Positions 1 to 14,790 are shown, numbered from the stretch's first letter. The stretch: 64,000 nt of DNA from Eledone cirrhosa (GCA_964016885.1 OZ024740.1:407960001-408024000); one strand, 5' to 3'. Translations and numbers: made by a program. Notes: a model not told the origin generated them from the sequence alone.

Positions 1-204
1 TCACAACCTGATTAAACACATTGGTGGTTATATGACTGACAACAAAGGTATGTATCGCTCATGAGAATTAGATTTATAGAATTAATAATGTTGATACTTT
101 TTTTTTTAATTATATCTCAGGAGAGAAGCAATAACTTATTACAGTGACAGTACAATGCTAGGGGGTAGAGGCTGAAATAATGATGATGTTGATGGTAAGA
201 AAGA

Positions 205-389
205 TAATAATTGTTTCTACTTTAGGCACAAGGCCAGCAATTACCCAGTGCATTACTGGTACTTTAGTTTATCGACCCCCCGTAAGGATGAAAGGCAAAG
301 TCAACCTCGGCGGGATTTGAACTCAGATCGTAAAGGGACGTAACTATGCTGGAAAGCATGGCGTCCAACCCTCTACCGATACTGCCAAT
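205..389 (-). mobile_element. tRNA-derived SINE, family A (~185 bp)
   Basis: Reverse complement of the + copies at 14611 and 63185. A-box-like TGGCAGTATCGG, B-box GAGTTCAAATCC, central GCCTTTCATCCTTACGGGGTCGATAAAA block (recalled as similar to the Meta-domain of animal SINEs), and an AAT/TTA tail. Confidence 0.85.
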
Positions 390-3300
390 AATAGTGAGTA
401 TGTTCATGATCCTAATGAATAACCATTAACTTTATTCTGGCAGACTTTAGAAACATTCAAGTTCAAAATGTTTTTATGTTTAAGTGTTGTAAATATGTCG
501 GTCCTGTGTCATTCTATTTGAAGAACACTCCTTTATCTCGTGATATTTTCAATATTCAATAGTATGTTTACTGATATCAGTAAAATATTGATACTAACTG
601 AATGATCAATGAATATTTTATCTCATGGTAAGAGAGATGCGACTGATTGCACGTTTATATCGGAATTTTTTTTCTGATTGTTTTGCTGGTTATTTTAAAG
701 AGATGGCAACAGAGTCAATAGTTATTCTAGATCCTCCTGAACACATGGATAAAAATATCTTGGTTGTTGATATTCAATTTGAATTACTGCATGAGGATGG
801 CTGCAGGGAAAAATAAAACTAGGCATGGTGGGAGTTTCTGGAAGTGCAGTTATGGTCAAGAAGAAATGAATAGATAGTTTAATAAATCATCTAGATCAGA
901 AAATACAGCAGAAAAGATGACAAGAGAAGAAATTGATACTTTAAGTATTAACTGTAAAGATTTAGTAAATTCAGATGATTGGAAATTGTAGGAGTGGAGA
1001 CAAAGCAAGCACATTTTGATACTGTTGTTTAATCTCAGATTATCCCTGATCAAGTAGATTTATAATCAAAGGGGACTCAGCCATGACTCCCTGTCATCTT
1101 TTCAGATGTAGAGGATGTATTATCCAATATATCTCCCTACTCTTTTTTTCAGATAGTAGTCTGTGATTTGAAAAGAGGTTTGGCTGCTATTTCTAGCAAT
1201 TTAGACTTTAACAGACAACCATTTTGAAAATATGTGTATGTATGTGTGTATGCATTATATCTTATTTTGATGTTTGTTTCAGAGGTATATACATGTAGCA
1301 AATGCAGTGTTCAAATAGGAAACAAACCTCATAAAAGAAAGGCGTCAATTCTTTAACACTTTTTGTTACCATATTTCTAATGAAAGACACTGCCAATGAT
1401 TTTCAGATAATTTTGAAACTAATCAAGGATTAATAAGCTCGTGTTTAGATTCTAAACACTAGCTTAATTATGAGGAAGTTAAGTTATGTTCTAGACTTTA
1501 GAACATAACTTAACAAAGGTTCTAACATAAAATTATGACGGAAGTTTTTTTAGATAAATATAAACACTTTAAAACTAAGAATCATGGGTTGCTTGATATC
1601 AAGAGGGTAGCAGCAGTTTGTTATGACTTTGTTGCATTGAATTAATTAAATATCTAACAATGAAGTTGCAAACTAAGCTGTAGGTTTCTTACAAGAAAAA
1701 CAAATAAAAACAGTATTCCCAACTGAATATATCAATAGCAGTGATGCTAATAAATATTTATTTTCTTTCTACTGTTTCTAAATTTACGATTTGTATTTTA
1801 TACTTCTTAATTACCGAGAGAAGAATAAATCTTTCAATTCTTGACAGACAATGTAAAAAGAAAACATTAGTATGGTTAAGCAGTTGTCAATCATTCTCTG
1901 TATTCGTCTGTATTTTAAAATCTGCCCCTTTTCAGGTGATATATCATGGTCAAAATCTCAATTCAAATTACTAAACAAAACAGGGTGAGGTAAATTTACT
2001 TTTGCTGTCCAGTGGTTAACACTTAGTCATTTATGAAAGTTAAAAACAATATAGTACTTTAATATAAAACATTTAATGCAAGGCTGCCTCTGGCACTGAG
2101 AGTGAAGCAGCTAAAATGGTGAAAAGGATTAAATACCATGTGGAATTTAGTTATACTTATTTACATACTAAATTGAAAGCCTACTATCATTCTTGTAGTG
2201 ATGATAAAATATATGCACTGCCCACACATTGAGGCTAAATTAATCAACTATGCCTTATCCAAATATTTGTGGCTTTATGCCAATGTTAAAAATCCTTATT
2301 CACAGCTATATCTGTAACACATCATCATCATTGACTACAATAGTATACAGCTACAATCCCCCTCTATCCATTGCAGCTTTCATAATTATTTTTAGTCCTG
2401 TAGTTGGGTGATTAGGCCAGACCATCAGTAAGATTTGAATTCTTTGGTGGAATTTGAATTCAAAATGCCAAGTGATAGAAGAAATACTGCAAAGCATCTG
2501 GTTTAACCCTTTAGTATTTAAACCGGCTGTATCCGGCCAGAATTCTTTCACCTATTTCTGTTCAAACCAGCCATAATTGGCCCCTCATACTGACTTTAAT
2601 GTATTTTTCTCAAAATAAATAATATCAAAATCTATATATAAAGTAATGTAAATGCTAAACGGTTAACAGAGTAACAGTTCTATCAATCCACCAGACTGAC
2701 ACTTTATTTTATTAACCTCTAATGAATGAAAGGTAAAGTTTACCACAACAAGGTTTGAACTCAGAGTTCAGAAAATCAAAACATTACCACAAGATATTCT
2801 ATCTGATGCTCTGACAACTCTGTCAATTCATTACAAATGATTATAACACAATCATTTGTAATTGTTTTAGCGACATCGTTATAAACAGTTTCAGACTTGT
2901 TTATCCATCTTGTTATGAATCTGCTAGGCGTTTCTCTTGCTTTTCTTCTCCAAGATCATTTAATAACTGCAGATGTAGTTACATAGATAATTCTTTTTCC
3001 TGTTAGATGTTAGATAATAGCTATTGTGATATGATCTTTGAAAGTAAACACAGTAACAACAACAACAACTTCTTCTTCTTCATTTAACGGCCATTTTTCC
3101 TGCTAGCAAGAGGCTTTCTGCACTGTTTCCATTTACCAAATTCTATTGAGAAATCAGTCAATCCAAGGTTATGGTAGAAGACACATGTGCAATGTGCCAC
3201 ACAGTTGAATCAAACCCCAAATTACTTCTTAACCATTCAACCATACTTGAAGTTAAATATGTTTATGATTGTTATGAATATATTGAAGATATACAGACAT

Positions 3301-3737
3301 TTATTTAATGCTTCTATTCATCTCATCCTTACAGTTTAGTCTAATGCTATAAAGAAAACAAATCCGCTATACCTTTGTAAACACATTTAAATAAAAGATA
3401 GCTCATGGCATGAAGATTTATTTAAATGTACTTTATTGATATATTTAAGAAGAATAAATAAAAGTAAAACAAACTGGAATAGAGATTTATCTACATTTCC
3501 ACTTCATGGACAAATGATTAACATTATGTTTATTCAGATGCAAAACTATCAATGGTGTTCAACATGTACCAAGTTAATACAGACAGAGCAAAACACGTAC
3601 TGACATGACATCAATCCTTATCTATCACTTGTTTAGTAACAAATCATCTCCACTTTTTTATTATGTCACACTTTCTCTAATAGGTGTTAATAATATTGAA
3701 TACCATTTAGCAAGGAAAACAGATATTTTCAATGATA

Positions 3738-3925
3738 ATCATTTCTACTATAGGCACAAGGCCAACAATTTGGAATGGAGGAAAAAGTTGATTAAATCGA
3801 CACCAGTGTGTTACTGGTATCTATTTTATTGATCCCGTAAGTATGAAAGGCAAAGCTAACCTCAGTGGGATTTGAACTCAGAATGTAAAAGGACGTAACT
3901 CTATGCTACAAAACATGCTGTCTGC
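3738..3925 (-). mobile_element. SINE family A, diverged copy
   Basis: tttctactataggcacaaggcc...gggatttgaactcag matches family A. Confidence 0.75.
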
Positions 3926-4689
3926 TGCTAATCTGATGATATAACAGTTATTCTTTTACTAGTTTCAGACATTAGTCTGTAGCCATGCTGAGGCACCCCT
4001 TGGCCCTTTCTTTACCATATATATAATGTTATACACTGTATCAAGTAATAGAAGATTTGGAGAAATATAGTTGATCTTATACATATTATTTATAGTACTT
4101 ATTTTAATGGTATCTTTTGTTGAACTGCTAAGTTGTGAGATATAAACAGACAGATACATGCACACACACACACATATATATATATATATAATAATCATTT
4201 AACATGGTTTCCCTTCCATCACTTCTTAGAGGAGTTTAAAGAAACCATGCCGTACTTAACAATTGCAAAGTCTAAACAGCTCAAAATTCCCAGTTAGCAC
4301 CATGTTACTTGGATGTAAAGAATGGCACTGTTGGTATATGTCAAAAGCCACAGCATTCTCCAGTTGATTATTTGATGATAATAAAATCTTCAATTGTAAA
4401 TTGTCTTTAATATTTAACTAAATATTTCAATATATTTCAATTAAAACATTTAATAATGAAAATGGTTTAATTTTGAAGTTTGCGTCTTTCTAAAAATAAC
4501 TACCAATTACATTAATATGAAGTGTTTCTTGTAGTTAAAGAATTGATGATATATTGCCAGGAATAAACTATATTTCAGTAAGTTGCATTTTCTTTCATCT
4601 GTTTTACATTTTATAGCCATTTTTCAGAGATAGCATAGAGTGTGCAAATTTGAAAATTTCTAAATTGTTTAAGCAATTGTCTTCACAGT

Positions 4690-5200
4690 CGAGTACCCTC
4701 CTAACTCACTGAATTGTGAAATAGGAATAGAATATGTAACCAGCCAAGCAAAGATATTTATATCTTCCCTGCACAATTGCTGTAATAGTAAGGTATGATG
4801 TGCTCAACAGTATAGAATTCTATGATACTCTAGTCAAATGATATTGAGAAAAAAAATGGGCACAGTTACTGGGAATATTGTGAAAAATTTCAATGTTTTC
4901 AGTTTAAATCTCAATGGGAATAAAGGGAATATGAAAAATAACTGATTACTTTCATTATCACTGCTGAAATATATTAAAAAACAAAAGAAAATGAAAAGAA
5001 CTGCAGAAGAGACAAGCCAGAAATATCAGCAAAGTTAGAAACTTTCATAGATTTCTCAGATTATTGTTCAAAGTCAAATATTCCAATAGTCAATAAAATG
5101 AAGCAGATTGGAAGAAATTGATTAAATGTCCAAAGAGAAAATGTCTTAGAAATATCAAATAGTTGTTTGTTATGAAATTTAAAACATTCAATATTTCTGC
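4690..5200 (+). pseudogene. possible decayed FLYWCH/MULE transposase fragment
   Basis: Broken frames give KNGHSYWEYCEKFQC and MKRTAEETSQK, reminiscent of the FLYWCH region of Mutator-like transposases; many stops. Confidence 0.25.
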
Positions 5201-5469
5201 ATTTAATTAAAGGTTGTGAATACAATTAAGAAAGGAAATAAGAGAAATATATTGAAGAATTATGGTGATAACCTGTAAATTCTTATATTCATGTAGAAAT
5301 AGATCTCAGAATTACAAATTTAATAAACCCTATACAATGTACACACCAATAATTAATAGAATTCAGAAAGTTTGTTTTATTCTGAATAAGTTCAAAGCCA
5401 TGTTATGCAGAGGAGAGAATGTAATTGATTAAAATTGTCCCATTATAATATTGCTACATATATTATCAG

Positions 5470-5725
5470 AGGTTAGTGACCTAATGTAAGGGTGTTGGGC
5501 TTATGATCATAACGTCGTGGGTGTGATTCCTGGACTGGGTTGTGTGTTGTGTTCTTGAGCAAAACACTTCATTTCTTGTTGTTCCAGTATACTCAGCTGA
5601 AAATGACCTTGTGATGGACTAGCGTCTTGTCCAGGAGAGAGTCTTGTAATCTCAGTTGCTTCACACCACAGAAACCAGGATAAGCACTGGCCTAATGAGC
5701 CTCTGGATTCGAGACAGACTTTAGA
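5470..5725 (+). mobile_element. CORE-type SINE, family B (diverged)
   Basis: tRNA-like head followed by gtgttcttgagcaaaacacttcatttc...ctcagctgaaaatga, a CORE-like block shared with 6920, 11685 and 51331. Confidence 0.7.
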
Positions 5726-6919
5726 CTTTTATTATCGGCTCTGAAGAGCTGAAACATTTAATCCCAAATGGGATTTTAATTCAAAATATATAGCATTGAA
5801 ATTAAATATTAAAAAGCATTTACACTGATGTTCCACTGTATCAGCTGCATTCAACACAGTATTTATTCAATAAATGAGGATTTTTGTTATATATTGGTAA
5901 AATAAATATATCAACCTCAGCACTCACCTAGTACCGACAGTGAAGAATTAGGTGCTCTACCATCTCTGCTACATCACTACATTTTGATGAATAAATTTTA
6001 AATATTGTTTTAGATGTTTACTCAAAATACAGAAGAAAATTGATCTCAATCATAAATTGAAATGTGTTTGATTGATACAAAAAGTTTTCCAGTTTCTAAT
6101 TCTTTCTAGAAAATCATCTGTTAATCAATATTAGCATAATTAGCATAATCAGTATTGTCATTATGTAGGAGTTGGGCAGGTTGGCAATAGCTTGCCCCTT
6201 TGTGTATCTCAATCCTGTGAATTATTAATTACTTTAGATCTGTGGTTGGGAACTATTTTGGTTCCAGAGGTAAAATGTGAGAACATAAGAACCTGTAGGG
6301 ACATAGCTGTGCTGAGAAAAATAATGAATCTTTAGTTTTACTAATTTGTAACTATGCAACTTATACTAAATTACAGTTTTGGCCTGGAGGCTTAAACTTT
6401 TCTTTTCTTTTGATGAGTTTTCAGCAGGTGGCTTCAAATTTTAATGCAGGTGAAATTTTATGTGCAATCAAGAGTTCCCACACACTGCTTTACATTGTTA
6501 TTCAAGTGAGGTATAAGTCTCTATATATCCTATGCTTTTAATCCTTGTTACTGTGAGGTATATGGAGAGTTCCTCTGCAGACTTATTTCAAATTTCAGCA
6601 TTATAAAACAGAAAATAATCCATTTATTGTGGTTTTATTAGTCTTTATTCATGTAAGCACTTGTGGAAATATACCTAAATTATTAGTTTTCGAAATCAAT
6701 AAAATTTTATCATTAATCAGAAAAAAGAATACACGTACTGGAAATAATAAGAATTTTAAATTTATATCAACAAAGCTAATTATTAATATATTTATTGAAG
6801 TTGATTCCTTTGACAATAACATTGGCAATTTTTAGAATTTAACACACAAAACTGTTGAGAAAGAATGGCATTTCTAGTTGAATTTGTCAGAAATATAAAG
6901 TGGTAATGGTGTTGAATTT

Positions 6920-7098
6920 AATGTTGTGGGTTCAATTCCTGAACTGAGTAGCACATTGTGTTCTTGAGCAAAACAATTTATTTCATATTATTTTAGCCAA
7001 TTCAGCTGAAAATGAGTATCAGCAATAGCTGGGAATTAGCGCCAAGAAACTGGAATAAGCTCCAGCCTAATAAACCTCCGGTCTTGGGACAGACTTTG
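6920..7098 (+). mobile_element. CORE-type SINE, family B fragment
   Basis: gggttcaattcctg B box, ttcttgagcaaaaca core, and 3' gggacagactttgcc as in the 5470 copy. Confidence 0.65.
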
Positions 7099-9214
7099 CC
7101 TTTTTTTTGTATATGATTTTGGAATTAAAAGTAATTAAATATAGTAAATACGACTCTTAAATCATGCTCAAAAGTTTGCTGCTAAATTTCTTTATACAAG
7201 ATATTTAAATATGATATATATATATATCTTAAACTAAAAACACATTGCTGTTAATGAATAAACAGAATAGATTAATTTTTCAGCACTTATGTTAATTTCT
7301 AGGAGTTGTTTATCATGGAAAGTTATTATTTCATACCTTTATCTGTAAACCAGTTTAAAATGTTTTCTTTCAATGATTCTCATTTATATGAATGAGAAAT
7401 TATCTGCCAAAAGATCAGCATTTCGTATCTTTTTAAACTCTATTGCCATATGTTGCTAACAAAGACAAATAGACTAAAATATTGAGATTTATCTATTTAG
7501 CTGTAAACAGATATTATATGAGAGTTGTTTGCAAGGAGAATACAATACAATTGCTTAGTATGTCATTAAATTTTTATAATTTTGAATTCAATTCCTGCCT
7601 TTGTACAAATGAAGGCAATGGAGAACTCCCCACCTCCCCAGTGTATTTCCCCTCAAATTATTACATGAAATCATAGGGTTCAGGGATGCCTCACAACCCA
7701 ATGTGTTAGGGGAGATTGTTTTTCTTTATTTATTTTCTATTTCTTTAAAATACAACTGGCATCATCCCATTAGTTTCAATGAAATCATCATCATCATTAT
7801 TTAACATCCATTTTTCCCTGCTAGTAATGGTTGGATAGGTTATCACAAACTGGTTCAGTACTCAAGTAGAGTTACTGGCCTCTCAGTTGAACCAGGGGGG
7901 GGGGCTACATTATCTTACATACAACCCTACACTCTACTGGGTGTTCATACATTACCTCACTCTGTTGGATACATTTTATCATGGTACCAGCACTATGGTG
8001 GCTAGCATAACTTTGATACAGCAAAGGAATCCTCTTGATTTCTTGTTGGACCAGATGCTGCCCTTCCTATCATTAACCACTTTACAGAGTGTACTGGGTA
8101 CATTTATCAACACTGGTGGCACAGCAAAAAAATCCTCTTGATCTCTTGTTTGGCTGGATGCCCTTCCTATCATTAACCACTTTACAGAGTGTACTGGGTG
8201 CATTTATCATGTAGATCACCAACACTAGAGAGGTTGCCATATGTTTGACACAAGAATCCTACTAATAATATGCTGAAATTGATTCAATAAACTATACCGT
8301 CTTCTCTTTGTTTGTATGAATTGGCAGAATCGTTAGAACATTGAACAAAATGTCTTGTGGTATTTGTTCCAGTTATTTATACTCTGAGTTTAAATCTTGC
8401 CAAAATTGGTAAAAGGAAGTATTAGTCCAGGACAGTGGATTGACAGAATTGTTAGCATGTTGGATAGTGTTTTACAGTATTTGTTCTGGTTCTTTATGTT
8501 TTAAGTGCCCAGGAAGATGTGCAAACCTCTATCTAGCCAACAAGATGGTGTCATGTAAAAAGAAAACCCTGAAAGTAAACATTTTGAAAATTTTTTTGTA
8601 TTTTCCCATGAAAACTCCATGTCAAGCACATAACTCTTGTTAAGTGATGGTGCACAAAGGATAAGAAGAAATAATTATTCTAAAAATATTACTAATAAGT
8701 TGAGGATTTGGCCCTATTAACAAAATGCAGTATTTAGTCACATTATGAGTTCAAATTTCACTGAAGTCAACTTTACCTTTCATTGTTCTGGAGTCAATTT
8801 AATTGACCCATGCTCAAAATTGCTGGCCTTGTGCCAAAAGTAAAAACAATTATCAGTAATTGTTTCTACTTTTGGTACTTAATTTATTGACCCCATAAGG
8901 ATGAAAGGCAAAGCTAATTCTGGCAGGATTTGAATTCTATGTTGTCCAATGCTCTACTGATACTACCAATCCACACCCCACCCCACCCCCCACACACACA
9001 CAAAACAATTAATAATAACAATAACAGAAGAGGCTGCAGTAAACAGCCAAATAGAGGAATAATGAAATGCTGAGTAAAGAAGAAAACATTAATATTTATA
9101 ATAATAGTTTTTTTTTTAATATTTAAAAGAAACACTCAGTCTAAAGAGAAAATACCACATGATGTATTTGTTTGGATTCATCCGAAAGACTAGGTGGATC
9201 CAACTGGAATGGCA

Positions 9215-9380
9215 TTATGTGGGTTGGCAGCATCAGTAGAGAGTCAGACGCCATGCTTTGCAGCATAGAGTTACGGCCCTTTATGATCTGAGTTCAAATC
9301 CCGCCGAGGTTAACTTTGTCTTTCATCCTTATGGGGTCGATAAAATAAAGTACCAGTAATACACTGGGATAATTGCTAGT
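9215..9380 (+). mobile_element. SINE family A
   Basis: ttggcagcatcagtagagag...gagttcaaatcccgccgagg...ggggtcgataaaataaagtacc. Confidence 0.8.
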
Positions 9381-9419
9381 CCGGGATATATAGAACTGAA
9401 ACCATTAAAAATAAAATAA

Positions 9420-9790
9420 GAGAGCTGAAAATCTATTCATGTAGCTGTTATTCTTGGTGGTCTAACTAACAAATTGCAACCTTTCGTTATCAGCTGAAAT
9501 GGACTCAACAATTGATCTCGACAACCTTTAGAAATAGTATGCAAAAACCTGAGAAGAACTGGATGGAAGTTTCACAACATGACTTCACACCAACAGCAAA
9601 GTTAAAATACACCATTATTCTAGAGATACATAGGTAGGTAAAAAAAAAATAATAAAAAAATATGGAAAATGTAAGAATTGAAAATATTGAGTAGGTTTTT
9701 AAAAAATTTGGAATTATTAATTCCCTTGATGGAGCTGAAGACTACATCATTTGAAAACAGTTATATTAATATTAGTGATAATGATGATGC
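9420..9790 (+). pseudogene. decayed pogo/Tigger-type DDE transposase 3' fragment
   Basis: AVILGGLTNKLQPF resembles the pogo IPGGLTSKLQPLD motif; NSLDGAED resembles the C-terminal DGTEDD motif; frame disrupted. Confidence 0.6.
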
Positions 9791-11684
9791 ATTTTCAGAC
9801 TTTAAAAATGATTAAAGTTCTTATGAAAGAACACTGATGTTTACCAAACTTCTAATTGCTTTTATTTATGTTTAGTGTGTTGTTAGTTTACTCTCTTATA
9901 ACATAATTTCAGCTATTGCTAAGCTGAATTTGTTTTCCTTTTTTAAAGTTTTACTACTGTATCTATATAGGATATAATATTTTCAATGTAAATAACTACT
10001 CCTCTCATCTACTTTTCTGATTTACCAATATTTTCATATATAGTAGAATTTTATCTTTTATAAAATATTTACTGTTATAGCTAAGCTGCTCTTTCTTCAT
10101 TCTGGTAAATTACAAGATATTTTTATAAAAGAATTTTTTCCTGCTATCTAGTTGCACAACGTTTTGGGTTTTTTCTTCTTTACTGTAACTACATACCCAT
10201 AATTACAGCAAAATGTTGTTTTTTTATATTCCCTGTTGAAATGGGGAGATCCTATATGCCCCTGGCTCTTAAATGTCATCAATTATGATACTCATAAAAA
10301 TAGATTTTTTTTTAAATTTGCTTTTTCAGGTAAAAAGATATCAAAATCTTTGGATTACGGCACCAATTAAGAGACTTTACTAAAATAAAACAATTCATTA
10401 ATGATGTGAAATTATTAAATTTTCTCCAAGGAAGACACATCAATATATAAGAGAGCCTCATTTAACATTGTCAAGATATCATCATCATCATCATCATCAT
10501 ATGCAAATACATATTATCACTGTCAAGATATGAGTAATATATGTTATCAGTGTCAAGATACATCAATATATTTCACCAGAATAGTTTTGATAAAGCATGC
10601 TAAGAGAATTATTATGATTAGTTCTGTCTGAGGAAATTGGCTTACTGCAATCCAGGCAATAAATCTGTTAATTCATGTGAATAGTTTCCTTTAATTGAAG
10701 ACTCTTAGAATAAAACAGTTTTGTTTTTTAATTCTAGAATATGAAAATGAGAGGCATCAACTTTTTCATACAACTAATGTCAATGAAGGTGGACTGGGCT
10801 GTGTGGTTGTCAACTTGCTAGAAATAACAGCCAAATTTCAACTAAATCACACCTTACAACATTAAAAGGAAAGGACATATTGGGCAATGTAATCCATGAG
10901 AACAACGTACAGGATGTTCATAGCTGTAATTACTTTGGTCATAGCATAGCACAATCAGAGATGACCTGGAAACAGCAACAACTATATCTAGTACTATCTT
11001 CTATGCAGGTTCTTGACCTGCTAGAGATGGCAGTCAAGATTCCCTGAAATCACATTATATCCTTAATCTTTAGTGGGATGAATTGTTTTTATGAATTGCT
11101 TCCCTTGACACTGTATTATATATTAAGGGGAGATTACTCCATTGGTGACTTTTGCCGGCCACAGCACCAAGAGAGTTAAAGACAAATTGGATACGTTTGA
11201 CTGCCTTTTAGTCAAACATAACCAATTTTGCTCAAGAACACATGCTGCTTTGGTCAGGAATTGAACCCATAACCTTATGCTTGTGAGTTCAACACCCTAA
11301 CCACAAGATCACTTGCCTAGATGAATATAAGCAGTTCATGCCATAGAACAATGGGCTATTACAGACAGTTTGGTATCAGAAGGGTTAAGTTTTCAAATTT
11401 GCATGAAAGAAATTATTGCCCCCTATGGCTTTGTTATATAATTACTCATAATTATTATTCAATGTGATTTGGAATAATTCCAAAATTCGAAAATCTATAG
11501 CAGAATGTTTCTGTAGAGGCATTATCAAGTTACTTGTGTTATTAAATTAACACTTTGTTATAAAGTTATCTATATTTAATAAATACTTCATCTATTTAAT
11601 TCTAAAGTTCTCAGTTATTTTGTTTAACATTATTGAAGAAAAAGGTGTTACACAGACACACACAAATATACACTCATATATAGG

Positions 11685-12020
11685 AGGCTTAGTGGTTAGA
11701 GCATTGGCCTTGCAATCGAAAGGTTGTGAGTTCAATTCTCAGACCGGGTGATGTGTTGTTTCCTTGAGCAAGACACTTTATTTCACATTGCTCCAGTTTA
11801 CTCAGCTGTAGAAATGAGATGATAAGGACCGGGGTCCCTATCATTCCACTGCACAGTGGTCGTGGAGGTGCCACGGCAAAAAAGCACCCAGCACTCACTG
11901 TAAATGAGGTTGGTATTAGGAAGGGCATCCAGCTGTAGAAATCAAGCCAGAATCAGTTCCCGTCCCACCCTTGCAAGCAGGGAAAAGCGGACGTAAAATG
12001 AAATGAAAAATGAAATGAAA
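11685..12020 (+). mobile_element. CORE-type SINE family B with RTE-derived 3' tail
   Basis: GGCTTAGTGGTTAGAGC A box, GAGTTCAATTC B box, tccttgagcaagacactttatttc core; 3' part matches the RTE 3' UTR at 44800-44965; nearly identical to 51331-51675. Confidence 0.85.
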
Positions 12021-12599
12021 TACATGGAAAAACTCAGAAACACACATATTCAGATAAGCATAGAGATATATATGCCCACACAAGCATGTAAACATATCAA
12101 AACACAAAAATGTATGCATAGAGTCCTAGAAAGACACAAGTATAATGATTAAAATGCACACAAATATTAAAATAACTTGCATATACATACACAAAAATAT
12201 ACAACAAAGAAAAATAAAATCATGCGTACTAAAACAGAGATACATAAACACATACTGCACACAGAGGGAAACACATTCATATACGTTAATACACACACAC
12301 ACAGACATATGCATAAAGAGGCATACAATTTTTATTTAGTTCAATTTGAAGATATACAAGATATATTTTTAGTAAAAATATTGCCATTCATAACTGACTG
12401 CAGAGATTTAAAATCGAAAACATATTTTTCAGAAAAATCTTTTTTTTTACAAGAAAATTTCTACTGTAAGAATTATCTAATGATTTTTTTGTAACCTTCT
12501 GGTTGAATATATAGGAAAATACACTGAAAAACAGAAAAGGAGAGATTATCTCTATAAACTTCATATCAGTTCATATTTCCCAATCGGCATGTATTTCAG

Positions 12600-14030
12600 T
12601 ACTTCATCTAAGTCTGTAGTAAATTTTTAGTTTGTAAATTAATTTTTCTCTCTCATATGTCTTCCTGGATCTACCTCTTCCATAAATCCCATCCACTAAG
12701 ATTTATCTACACTTCTTTATACAGCTGTCATCTTCCATATACATCACATGATCATACTAATGCACTCATCTATCTTGTACACTATATCCAATTCTTATAT
12801 CAAGTTTTTCTCTGAGCTTGCTTATGCTGTGTTGATCATGCACACTAACATTACATATCCATGGAAGCATAGACATTTCATTTCTTTGAAAGTCTTCTGC
12901 AGTCAAGGCCCATGTCTCACTGCCATGTAGCATTGTAATTCATTTGCAAGCATCATAGTCTACCTTTTGCTTGGAGAAAGAATTTGTTAGTTGCCAGTGT
13001 AGGTTTTAGCTCTCTAAACTTCTTCCAGCCTGATCTTACCATGGTTATCAATGTTAGCACCTGGGAATAAGGCACCGGTGACCATGCAGCTTGGCACCTT
13101 GCTGTCAGAAAAGTTGTACAGACAGCAGAGCAGACAAGAAAGGAAGACTTGGCTGATAAAAGAGCAAGAAGGAAGGAGTGACACCGACGGTATCAACTGT
13201 TATGTGCGGCAAGTGCAGTAAAGACTGCCATTTGTATACTGGATTGTTGAGTCACTTGCAGAAGTGCAAATGAATGCATCTCTGAATGCTACTCCATCAT
13301 CTCTCATAGATGCATGGATGTCAACAACAATAACAGCATCCCCCACCCACTGCTGATTAGGTCATCTAGGTAACAAAAGCTGTCAACAACTCCATGTATG
13401 CTCTTAGTACTTACTTCTATGCATCTACTGCTTGTTATGTCTATTTTCTCCATTAACCTAACTGTAATCTCACATCTCTTGTGTGTCCATAGGTTACACT
13501 GTGTGTACCTTATGGAATTTATGCAAACCTTCTTTATAACATATTGAGCATGGCCACATCTCTGATTGTATCAGCTGTGTATCCTCTTTCTTCTTATGAA
13601 GACTTTACTATTTGATAAGTTTACTTTTACGAATTTCAATTTCAATTTCAACTTTTTGTCTGGAATTTGCTTCTAACTCTCCCTTAGATTCAGCTATAAA
13701 GACTAGATTGATCATTAACATATAGGAGTTCCCAGAGAGTGCCAGACTTTAATTCCTCAGTTATGGCCTGAAGGACAATAATAAACAGAAATAGGCTTAG
13801 CCCTGGTGGATTCCCAGTTGCTCCACAAAGTCATCACTGTAGTCTTTGCCAACTTTCACCTTGTTGGTTGCATCTCTGTACATAGATTGCATGGCCTTCA
13901 CAAAACACTTGTCTACATCTTACTTTCTTAATGCCCACCAGATTACATAACAGGACACTGTTGAAGGCCTTCTCTTGTTTACTACTTATCTAAGAAAACT
14001 TAAGCAAAAGTACATTTTTGGTTGTGTCCT
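12600..14030 (-). pseudogene. heavily decayed RTE LINE RT fragments
   Basis: Minus-strand remnants of KAF, W..LRK.....V.AMQSMY, QAITEELK..LWELLY and CHGSETW motifs, homologous to the ORF at 42527; many stops and frameshifts. Confidence 0.6.
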
Positions 14031-14610
14031 AGTAGAGGATGGTAATATATGTCAGTAGAGCTTGAAGTGTGGCAAAGAGTGGTGGACCATTGAAATGAAA
14101 TGAGAACATGGAGAGAAACAAACTGCCACTGTCACTGCTTCTGCCTCTGCTGCTCTCCCCATCTCTTACTATAATAAGCAAATGGGGGCCCATGCACTGG
14201 CCACCTCGTGGACAGAATAGAGAAGGCATTTCCCTGGAAGATGGTGAGAGAGATGTACTGGAAGAGGCATTCCACTTGCAGGTAGCCAACTCCGTGCCAA
14301 TGGTGGTGAGTAAATAGGTGGTCCTACGACCAAGGACACCAGAAGTCTCCACCGCTTGTAGCTATACATTCTTAGCAGAGAATAAAGTTAACAGTTATGC
14401 TAATTCTGAACTTTTGACCTAGGAGGCTCTTTGAAAGGGTGGTTATCCCCCCCCCCTCTCTTTTGTCTCTTTAGTGTCTCTAGTCTGTTTCTTTCCTGGC
14501 TTCCTCTGCTATCCCTGACTGAAAATTGCTACAAAATTCTTCAAAATGTAAGTAACTTGTTATTTTGCTGTCATCTAGTATGATAGTATATTGTAAGTAT
14601 TCATTTTTGT

Positions 14611-14790
14611 ATTGGCAGTATCGGTAGAGGGTCGGACGCCATGCTTTCCAGCATAATTACGTCCCTTTACGATCTGAGTTCAAATCCCGCCGAGGTTCAC
14701 TTTGCCTTTCATCCTTACGGGGTCGATAAAATAAAGTACCAGTAATGCACTGGGTAATTGCTGGCCTTGTGCCTAAAGTAGAAACAATTA
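14611..14790 (+). mobile_element. SINE family A, young full-length copy
   Basis: Near-identical to 63185-63372 and 37064-37245; A and B boxes intact. Confidence 0.9.

Noticed and set aside
5736-5775. CTGAAGA-gct-GAAA hammerhead-like string
   Set aside because: No UH after the putative stem III and no stem I; it lies in a decayed SINE A core.
14611-14700. tRNA genes at SINE heads
   Set aside because: A and B boxes are present, but there is no full cloverleaf and each continues into a SINE body.
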